A stretch of 60,733 bases of DNA, counting the filler, from Basidiobolus ranarum (lineage: Eukaryota), in NCBI GenBank assembly GCA_040143965.1. It is 8 parts of 8 records of this genome, joined end to end, with 100 filler letters (N's around TTAATTAATTAA, not from the genome) between each part and the next. Parts side by side here need not be neighbours in the genome. Positions count along the whole stretch, not along the records: positions 45,661 to 53,149 come from JASJQH010007989.1; positions 53,250 to 60,733 come from JASJQH010007990.1; 6 more parts are not named here. The stretch is one strand, 5' to 3'. The notes beneath the pieces are model-generated. The model was not told the DNA's origin. It ran no database searches and saw only the letters and a program-made list of their open reading frames with translations. The position numbers were made by a program, and so were the translations under genes. The first letter of the stretch is position 1, and every line of letters begins with the position of its first letter. Positions 50,170 through 60,733 of the stretch are shown in pieces.

Positions 50170-53149
50170 TTTTTTTCCCTTATATCTAACTTATATGTTG
50201 ATAATTCAAATTGTGCTTTAGCTAAAGGTTTACTTAAGATGTTAGCAATTATTTCTCCAATAGGGCAATTGACAAGTTCAATTATGTTGCTCACTATTGC
50301 TTTAATAACAAAACAATGCCGAATAGCTATATGTGTTGTTCTAGTATGAAATGTTGGGTTTCAGCTAATGAAATACAACTATAATTATCTTCAAATGCAT
50401 TAATAGCATGTTTTTGCATTTATCCTAGCTCTGTAAATAACTTCCTTAATCACAGAGATTCTTGTGTAAGTGCAGAGGCAGCCATATACTCTGCTTCTTT
50501 AGTGGAAAGCACTAAGGCAGGTTGCTTCTTACTACTCCAAGTTATGGCTCCATTACCACAGAGAAATTTTACCCAGTTGTTGATCTTCTATCATCCAGGT
50601 TTCTTCCCCAGTCTGCATCACTATAGCCTTTGAAATTGTGTGCATCAGGAGTGGCAGAGTACTCCAGAACTAGATCAACGGTTCCTCTTAAATACCTGAA
50701 TATTTGTTATACTGCAGGTTTGTGCTTAGATCCTGGATTTTTGAGATTATGGCTGACAGTTCCCACTGCCACAGCAATGGCTAAACATGTTCTTACCATT
50801 GTATACATTAAACTACCCACCATGGATTGGTAGGGGAACTCCTGGCTTTGATTTAAGTCATATTGGGCCAAATTAGAAGAAATTTTGATATATTTCACAT
50901 TGGGATCCATTGGTGCTGATACAGGCTTGCTCTTTTCTATGTTGAAACACTTTACAATAACTAGGATGTATCTTGACTGATTCAGCATGATTTTTTGATT
51001 GGGTCTATCTCTCTTGATTTAAATTACAAGGAAATAACTTAATTCACCCATATGAGTCATCTCAACTTGGTTTGCCAAGCTGCTTTTTGTCTGATTAAGT
51101 GCTTTTAGATTGCTTGTGGCTATGATTAAGTCATCTACATATAGTGACAAGATAAGGATCTAACTTCTGGTAGTTTTGATGTATATACTGTAATCAGCTG
51201 TGCGTTTTGGATCTCTGGTGCTTCCAAATAGGCAGCTATTGTCTTGTGCCATGCCCTAGGTGCTTGCTTGAGTCCATATAGCAATTTTGCAGTTTATCAA
51301 GCATTTCAAGATGTTTTGTGTCAACAGACCCATCTGGTTGCTCCTTATATACCTCTTCTTCTAGATTTTCATTCAGAAAAAATGTTTTTATATCTATTTG
51401 ATGTAAATCAAGGTTATAGACAGCTGAGATCAACAGGATTGAATTAATGGAGCTAAATGTAGCTACTGGAGCAAAAGTTGCATCAAAATCAACTCCTGGT
51501 GTATGGGAATAACCTTTTTGCAACTAATCTGGCTCTGTACCTATCTGTGCTTCCATCAGCTCAGTTTTTGACTTTTTAGACCCATATACAACCTAGCAGT
51601 TTTCTCCCTGATGGTAGATGACTTAAAACCTTTGTTTTATTGCCATGAAGTGAAGAAAACTCATCAGACATTGGTTTTTCACATAATACTTATTCTGGAC
51701 ACTCCAGAGCTTGATCTGGAGTCTATGGCTTGTCACAGAATACTGCACTACCACATACATCACTATTAAAAGTATTCCACCGGTTTCCTGGCTTACTTCT
51801 CCTTCTGGAAGATTTTCTGGGTGCCAGATCATCTTCTGATATAGTTGCTACTGTAATTTTGGTTAAATTGGACTCCTATACAGCTGGAATTTTGCCAGAC
51901 ACTTCCTGATCAGTGGTGATGGTGAGTTCTGGATCAAAAACTGTGATTTGAGGTGTGAAATTTGCTCTTTCACCAAATATCTCATATCTGCACTTACTGA
52001 ACTTCTGATTTTTGGTATCAAACAGTATATAGGCCTTAGAACCATCACTGTAACCAATAAATATGCATTTTCTTCTTTTTGGTTCCAATCAAGAGCATTT
52101 TCAAGCTGGAATTAGGCAATATGCTGTGAAACCAAAGATCCTGGGATGATCCACCCTTGTTTTTGATCCGTATAGGGCTTCAAATGGAATAGAATTTTGT
52201 GGCAGTCTTGTTGAGCATCTGTTTTGAATATAGACTGCAGTGTAGACAGATTCAGCCCAATATTGGTAATCTAACTTTTGATCATGTAACAATGATCTTG
52301 CCATTGCCATTATGGTCCTATTAGCACATTCTGCAAATCCATTTTTGCTGTTAAGTATAATGTACAGTAGTTTGTTGCTTAATTCTGTGTTTAGAACAAA
52401 AACTAGTTAAGTCTTTAAAGTGGTATTCTCCACCCTTATTACTCCTTAGTAACCTTTTTTTTGTGCTGCTTCTTTCTCTGCCATTGCTTTGTGATGTTTG
52501 AACATAGCTAAGGCTTCAGAATTTAGTCTGAGAAAGAATGCCCCAAGTATATCTTGTCTTGTTATTAATGAAAGTCATAAAGTACCTTTTCCCACTTGGT
52601 GAGATGTTTTTCATGGGCCCACATAGGTCAGAATGAATCAGTGCATAAATCTGAGTGGATCTGATCTGTCCAGAGCATGCAAACAGCTGTCTGTGATGTT
52701 TTCTATATATGCAACCTTCTTGCAGAACCAATTTAGTGACATTTTCAAATTCTAAGCCTGACACAAACAGATTTCAGATCATTTGGGTTGGTTTTTGTTC
52801 CCCAATGTGGCCTAATATTCTATGCCACGTTTGAAAGCATATCTCACCAGTTCGGGCTAAGGCTGCATTGCTCAGAATGCATTATGTTGATTTCTAGCTT
52901 GTAAAAGTTTTGAGTTTTGATCACAGTAGCTAATTTCAATTTTGCAGATGGTGTAGCTGAATTTTGGTCTAAATTGATTACAACTATGCCCTAACCAACT
53001 GCATCAAATGCATAGTCATCACCCAACTGGAGTTTCCTTGTTTGGATGGGTTTTAAGCTGGAAAACCAATCTTTCTTGTTTGACATATGCTGGAAAGCTC
53101 CTGCATCAATCAACCACATTTTTGAGTCTTTTTTAGTGATTACTGATAG
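50170..53149 (-). mobile_element. Decayed Ty1/copia pol (protease to RNase H), copy 2, head-to-tail with copy 1
   Basis: WLIDAGA (protease), WHRILGH, LIHSDLCGPM...YFMTFI, YWAESVYTAVYIQNR, PGVDFDATFAPV, LHQIDIKT, YVDDL, YQSMVGSLMY, GYSDADWG, ILSKPL. Confidence 0.93.
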
Positions 53150-53249
53150 NNNNNNNNNNNNNNNNNNNNNNNNNNNNNNNNNNNNNNNNNNNNTTAATTA
53201 ATTAANNNNNNNNNNNNNNNNNNNNNNNNNNNNNNNNNNNNNNNNNNNN
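53150..53249. other. Artificial contig linker
   Basis: 44 N + TTAATTAATTAA + 44 N. Confidence 0.99.
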
Positions 53250-54436
<1,187 letters not shown>

Positions 54437-55888
54437 TTAAACACAATAAAGGATATTTTTTTGGTTTTTTGAAGATTGGGTGAAGAAAGGGTTAGATGAA
54501 GGGAACTCACTTTAAGATAACCAATCTCACTGGGAAGTGACCCTCCCCCCTCACAAACACACACACTCATCACACCTCACCCTTCACCTCTTTCGTCCTT
54601 TCCCTCACCAGGAAACACTTTTAAAATACTAGCATTCAATTGATTTGGGATTCTCTTGACTTCATATTTTTAAAAGATATGTGCATTGAAGTCAACCAAT
54701 TGATTTAGAAGTCAAAGTGGGAAGTAGATGATTTCACACGAATAAGGATATGATGTTCATCCTATCAAGTGCAGTAGGAGGAGTCAGGGGATTAGTTACT
54801 ACATATTTAACCCAGCTAATAAGGCTGATTAGGGGTTTCATATCTTTACCAACGGAAAGCAGGTTTTAGGAACCATATATCATTTGATCGTTAGCCAGAG
54901 ATATGCTTCAAGGAAATTACGTATCACATTAAGGGAGACCAAGGTTAAGCCAGCTATATCATAATTCTTCGGGGGAGTGTTTTGAGTTGCCTAAAGGTTG
55001 TAACAGAGAAATCATTTAATGCATCTTAGTGAGGTTGGTTTAAGCAAGAAGATGTGCATATTGCTTAGACGAGGTGAAATAAAACTTGATGCCAGCCAGA
55101 TTGGCTACAGGGCTTGAAACATGGCCTATGGCTCTGTATTTGAATCTGACAACTTCGTAGGATTCAAAATTCGTGAGTAGATAAATCCAAGTCACAATAG
55201 CAAGGCTATGACTGAGATTTTGGATGGGAAAAGCCTAAACCTGGTGCGAAAAAATGACTACGAGAAGGTAGGTAATAGGTCACTGATTTAAGTGTGAGTT
55301 CGGAAACCAAAAAAGTAAAAACTGTGTTCCTCAGCTTCGAATAAGATTTGTGAGTGATCTATTAGTTTTTACACGGAATTCACGTAAAAAGGTAAGCAGC
55401 TTCACAAATAGAAACGAGTTTTTAGCGTCTTAAATAGTTCCACGTATATCGGCACCTGTACCAAATGTATCGCGCAAAGCGAGTAGCAACTGAAAACCCC
55501 TTAGAGATACCCGTTTACCACTTAAAGACCTTTAAATAGGGCTTGTATTGTATGTTAGTTACTGGTGTTATTAGTATACAAGTGTACATAATGTTAGTAA
55601 CTGGTAAAGTTTATGGTGGAAAACTTCCCCTATTTCGCGAAAGAAGATCCCAACTAACATACTCATTAATTACAAATCATTTTGATATATTGTCACACTC
55701 ACCAAGGGTTCTTTGTTGTTAAATAACTCCCCTAGAGAACCTAGAGTTTCACCGTCACATGTGCCTACTCAACTCGGAAAGTTTTCAGTTACGTACCAAG
55801 TAGTGACTTTAAAATGAAATCATCTTTCTCGGTATTAATGCCGTACCAAGATATGTTTATTCCGATTATTGGGTATTAATAGAATATT

Positions 55889-56893
55889 TTACTGAAGTAG
55901 AGACCAAGCTCTACCAGGTGCGTCGTTCTCCCAAGTGTCAACACAGCCAACACCTTGGCCATCTGGGGTATCAATACCACATCTTCCAACGATGTGTAAA
56001 GTAGTGCCATGCTTTCCAGCCAACTCGATGTTGGTTGGGTAAGTGAAAGAAACTTTGATAGAAGCCAAAATTTTTCCTTTAGGTGAAATCTTGAGTACTT
56101 CTTGACCACCATGACGAACAACAAATAGATTTCCTTTAACATCACTGCGAATACCATCGATATTGAGATGAGCGGTATTGACTGTAGCAAAATCAAAGAA
56201 TAATGTTTTATGGCTGATACTTCCCGTCACTGAGTGAACTCTATATCTCCAGATTTTGTTGGATACCGTGGTTGAGTTTCTATCTACAGCTTCAGAAACA
56301 TATAAATATTGATCATTTGGACTTAATTCAATCCCATTTGTACGGCCGAGGACATCTAAGCGTCTGCTTTTCCCTTCTTTAGTGCAAAGCCAAATATCAC
56401 CGTCACCGACCTGAGTATCCTTTTGGAATCTCATTCCAGACAAATATATCCTACCATTTCTAGCAAGAGTGATATCATTTGGTTGGATGAATTTGGGATT
56501 GGAGCAGTGTGTTTTGCCGGTAACTTTTCCTCTAGAGTCCACCTTAACTTTAACCACCCTATGATTGATATAGTCCGCGGCGTAGGCTACTTTATAATCA
56601 TGATGGGCTTCCTTGATGCCGAATCTGATTCCGTTGAAGGCAGTTCCAGGTGTTTGGGTATCCTCGTAGAAAAGAGATTGCTTAGGAGTCACATAGCCCA
56701 GAGTAGGTAGAGTAGAGTTATTTCCGTAATTTACTGCGTAAACTTTTCCTTCCTTATCCACAGAGGTACCCTCAATGAAAGGTCCAAACTTGGAATTTTT
56801 GGCGGTAATCAATGGCTTTGCTTGATATTGTAGAATGGCGCTGGCTCCACCAAGGATCAGCAGAGCTGAGAAGCAGGATAGTTTGAAGGACAT
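55889..56893 (-). CDS. Secreted SMP-30/gluconolactonase-like six-bladed beta-propeller (paralog 1)
   Basis: Signal-peptide-like N-terminus; IEGT, FNGIRF, QPND, TNGIELSP, IDGIRSD, PTNIEL motifs; intronless, 334 aa. Confidence 0.9.
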   Translation of the reverse strand: MSFKLSCFSALLILGGASAILQYQAKPLITAKNSKFGPFIEGTSVDKEGKVYAVNYGNNSTLPTLGYVTPKQSLFYEDTQTPGTAFNGIRFGIKEAHHDYKVAYAADYINHRVVKVKVDSRGKVTGKTHCSNPKFIQPNDITLARNGRIYLSGMRFQKDTQVGDGDIWLCTKEGKSRRLDVLGRTNGIELSPNDQYLYVSEAVDRNSTTVSNKIWRYRVHSVTGSISHKTLFFDFATVNTAHLNIDGIRSDVKGNLFVVRHGGQEVLKISPKGKILASIKVSFTYPTNIELAGKHGTTLHIVGRCGIDTPDGQGVGCVDTWENDAPGRAWSLLQ

Positions 56894-58296
56894 GTTGAAT
56901 GAGTGAAAGAAAGCAACAGAGTCAGGATCTCCGGTGTTTAAATAGAGGTAGGAGAAATTTCCGAGAAAATCGAAAGCACAGTTCCTTTGAATCGGTGATA
57001 AGGAGAATAAACAAATTCGAAGTGGTATTTATAGTGAATTTCGGAAGAGCACTTCGATTGACGGTTTACCTTGATTAATTTGGACAACTCTTGTACTCTT
57101 ACCTCAAGATTCAATTTACCTTAATAAAGTGCTCTTAGTTACCTACTACTTTGTACTTGTCTGGTGTGCTACCATAACGACATCTGCCAGATTATGGAAT
57201 TCCTTTTGACAACCACCTTCTTCGTCCAATGTGCCACGCTACGTAATCATGTGCAATGAACTTTTCTTGAGATAAACAATTTGGCCATGCTTGAAGAAGA
57301 GCTCTAGTTATCTTCATTTTGCCTTCTATCATATTCACTTCATATCACATGCTAGAGTACGGTCGGAGTTGTCTAAATAAGAAGTGTACCCGTATAGGTT
57401 AAACCTGTTTGAGCTCCCGAAGAAGGTTGGACAAAATCAATGAGCGATAAGGGATTTGTTTAGTAGATGACTAGGTTGAAATTACTGATGAAATTTACTG
57501 AGAACGTCTCAAACAATCAAAACCCCACCATCACATTACAGCTCTTATGATCACTTGGGCTAGTTAATATGTTCATTTGGAGCAATAATGCATAAATAAT
57601 CAGTACTCTTGGCCAGTGTAACGTTTGACAGATAGTCGGGTATTTGACTTTGAGATCCACGATGATCCTCCTCCCATTCACAGCCTTTGTTATAGAAATA
57701 CAATAATGATGTTGACATGTAAGGGAATCTAGAGGCCTTATCAAGTAGTAATGTTTTAATTAGACTAAATCATCATATACTGGACTGGTTCACTAAAAAA
57801 AGAAGCTGCAGTACGATTACCGGATTAGCCCCAGTGCAATTTAATGTGAATGCGGGTACAAGCGCGAGTGTAAAGGACTCTCCAAAGCACCATCGACCAC
57901 GCGTATAATAGATCGGTTGGCTATACTGATAACAGTTGGTAGTTAGTAAGCCTAGCCTTAATTATAAAAGTTAGATCCAATTTTGGGTGGTCGATCTAAT
58001 CCTATACAAGTAAAATAGGCTTTATTTCCTTGTTCGCACGTTCTATAGTGAATCTATGCATATTGTAACTCAGTTTACTTGCTTAGGACCAATACGCTAG
58101 TTACCGAGCATCTCTCATGAGTTCCCGTAATCAACAATATGGTGATATTTAAGATTCCTTCTGGTTTCTATTATTCATAAGGTTTCAGGTATAGTAAGGC
58201 TGATGAGCTCCTTCAGTATAAGAGCAATGATTGCTCCTATGTTTAAAACCATACTTTGGCATATTTTCTCTTCTCAGTAACAACTACCTACGTACA

Positions 58297-59289
58297 ATGT
58301 TCCTCTTTAAGCTGCATTCAATCTCCATTCTGTTGACCATCTCTGGAGCAACCGCCGCCATCGCTCAATATAAGACAAAACCATTGATAACCTCAGACAA
58401 GTCCCAGTTTGGACCATCCATTGAAGGAACTGGCGTAGATAAAGCTGGCAATATCTATGCAGTGAATTATGGGGATGCCACCAGCTTAGCAACTCTAGGT
58501 CAAGTAACTCCACAAAGATTATTTTATGAAGACAAAGTCACCCAAGGTACTGCTTTCAATGGAATAAGATTCTCGAGAGGAAATAAGACCGTCGCCTATA
58601 CTGTCGATTATATTAACCACAGGGTAGTCGAGTTAACAGTAAATGGGCCAACAATCTCCTCAAGGAACCACTGTTCTAGTCCTGACTTTCTTCAACCAAA
58701 TGACCTCGCATTATCCAAGTCGGGATACATCTACCTGTCAGGTATGAAATGGCAAAGCAACGGGCAAGTAGGTGACGGTGATCTTTGGGTGTGTTCACCT
58801 AGCGGCGTACCCAAGCGTTTGGATTTGTTAGGACGTACAAATGGAATTGAACTCAGCCCAGATGACAAGTATCTTTATTTATCCGAAGCTAACAATCAGA
58901 ATGGTACTCCAATCAGCAATAAAATTTGGAGATATAAAATAGATCCAAATACCGGTAACGTATCGAACAAGTTCCTTTTCTTTGACTTTGCCAAACTTCA
59001 AAGTCAAAGTGTGGATATCGATGGCATGCGCACTGATATCTCCGGTAATCTATTCGTGACTCGAAATGGTGGTCAGCAAGTGGTGAAATTGTCAAGAAGT
59101 GGTAAAGTCTTGGCCATCATTAAGACCTCTTTCTCCTCCATTACTAATCTGGAGTTTGGAGGAACTCGAGGTAAAACTCTGCATATCGTTGGTAAATGCA
59201 CTGACAACTCTCCTAATGGAGAAGTGGTTGGTTGCGTTGATACTTGGGAGAACAATGTACCTGGTAGAGCTTGGTCTATCCTTCAGTAG
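58297..59289 (+). CDS. Secreted SMP-30/gluconolactonase-like six-bladed beta-propeller (paralog 2)
   Basis: ATG at 58297 gives the signal peptide MFLFKLHSISILLTISGATA; same motifs as paralog 1 and the shared C-terminus VGCVDTWEN..PGRAWS.LQ; intronless. Confidence 0.9.
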   Translation: MFLFKLHSISILLTISGATAAIAQYKTKPLITSDKSQFGPSIEGTGVDKAGNIYAVNYGDATSLATLGQVTPQRLFYEDKVTQGTAFNGIRFSRGNKTVAYTVDYINHRVVELTVNGPTISSRNHCSSPDFLQPNDLALSKSGYIYLSGMKWQSNGQVGDGDLWVCSPSGVPKRLDLLGRTNGIELSPDDKYLYLSEANNQNGTPISNKIWRYKIDPNTGNVSNKFLFFDFAKLQSQSVDIDGMRTDISGNLFVTRNGGQQVVKLSRSGKVLAIIKTSFSSITNLEFGGTRGKTLHIVGKCTDNSPNGEVVGCVDTWENNVPGRAWSILQ

Positions 59290-59557
59290 TTAAAACTTCA
59301 TGAATATCGCTTTTCATTTGGCGAATTCAATAAATTCTTAACATGGCTTACCTGAAGCTACTTACAAGCATTGACTAGATCTTAAACTGAAATATAAATT
59401 CTATTTATTTTAATCACTGATACAAAATCAATCTAAAGAGTGGTAGGGTGCATAATGATTTGGTTGATAAAGGGTTTGCACTGTAAAAAAAAGGAGTTTA
59501 CGCATAATGAAACGATGTATATGAGAATGTTAAAGAGTATTGCGAAAAAATTACATC

Positions 59558-60733
59558 TTAATTTTGACTTTTTTCTGCTGAACCTTGATTGCTGCTAGAT
59601 GTGGGATTGATGGCGCAAAGAAGAGAAGTAATCGGATTTGGATTCACTGCACACATCCAAATTCGTGTTTTGTAAATCTTGAAGAGATCGCGTACCAATT
59701 CTCGGAAATCAATACGACGTTCTGCAACAAAATAGAAAGTCAACTTACGACGGTCCCTGTAAATATATTGAAATTCTTGTTAGCTATGGACTACTCTCTT
59801 GAGGTCATGTATTGACATATTTACCATTGATACTCAGCATCCACTACTTCCATTGGCAATTTCTTCTGGCGGACCTTTGTTTGACAAATCAACATAGCTT
59901 TGGCCTCATCTTGGCTTTTCGTCATGAATATAGCGATCTCAGAAGACTGAGCAAGGCGATAAATCAACTTCGGTTGTATCTCCTTGTTATTGAATCGTAA
60001 ATCTCCAGATCCTCCTTCAGCTGCTTGATTTTGCTGCAATATTTGAAGGTGCTGTGGAGTTATAGAGTCATTGATGACCTTACCGAGATCTTTACCACGA
60101 TCCGCTTCTACAATGACTAGATCTCCTACATGGCAGATCAAACCACTATTCTCGGCAGTATAAAATACATCCGTTCGTCCTCCCTTGAATTCGACGATGT
60201 AAAGAGGTCCCTGGCTTGGCAAAGTATTGAGAGGAACTCCCTTACCAAGTTCAGAGAATGGACGTTGGCGATGCTCATCATTCTCGAAAAACTCCTCCAT
60301 CTCGTTAATGGCATTTCCAAATGAGCCTACCCGGATAGAATCATCAATTTGAATGGAATCTAATGCCTCTGAGAGGAATCTATCAGTTTGATTATTAGTC
60401 ACTTGAGAGGGACCGGGAGCAGCCACGGAGTGACGACGATAACTCATGCTATACTCAGGCTCAAAGCTAGACCTATCAAAGAAAATCGATCACAAAATTG
60501 TCAGAGGATATTAAGTTTAAAACCATAAATAAAAACAATCACCTATTATTCATACGCATATTTTGTAGCGAATCTGAATATTGTAACTCTTGGAATGATG
60601 GTGAGGGCGCGAGAGAGTATCTTCTTTGTTGATGCAACCTGTTCAACCTTTCGGCATTGAGAGCTTGGGCATAAGCATTGACTTCACTTGAGCCTGGATT
60701 AACTCCAGCGTTTTTATCCCACATATTTCCGAC
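59558..60733 (-). CDS. PSP1: PSP1 C-terminal-domain protein, 3' part
   Basis: [14 protein letters not shown]...[15 protein letters not shown]...[10 protein letters not shown] / [37 protein letters not shown]; introns near 59758-59822 and 60470-60541. Confidence 0.9.

Overview
The window is not one locus. It is eight unrelated ~7.5 kb contigs in descending length order, joined by artificial 100-bp linkers (44 N + TTAATTAATTAA + 44 N). The DNA is eukaryotic and AT-rich with short introns. It most likely comes from an early-diverging (non-Dikarya) fungus, inferred from a true Ral GTPase and a long-form XMAP215 C-terminus alongside fungal-type housekeeping genes; the exact organism cannot be determined here. 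Genes: LIS1/PAC1, STU2/XMAP215 (3' part), RPS17, CWC23/DNAJC17, SOF1, an SH3-like+TBC RabGAP, RPL13, Ral, an orphan 4-TM protein, UBR7/Mlo2, PAB1, two head-to-head secreted SMP-30/gluconolactonase paralogs and a PSP1 protein. Mobile DNA: at least three Ty1/copia LTR families (solo LTRs with 5-bp TSDs, half-tRNA-iMet PBS GGTTATGAGCCC, PPT, nested insertions), decayed copia pol copies, a gypsy RT relic and a possible KDZ transposase relic. The most notable contig (38069-45560) carries an intronless ORF resembling the bacterial manganese-oxidising multicopper oxidase MnxG. Next to it is a decayed cluster of two aromatic-acid decarboxylases and an adenylating enzyme, making this a candidate horizontally acquired island. 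All family assignments come from motif recognition by eye, not from database searches.
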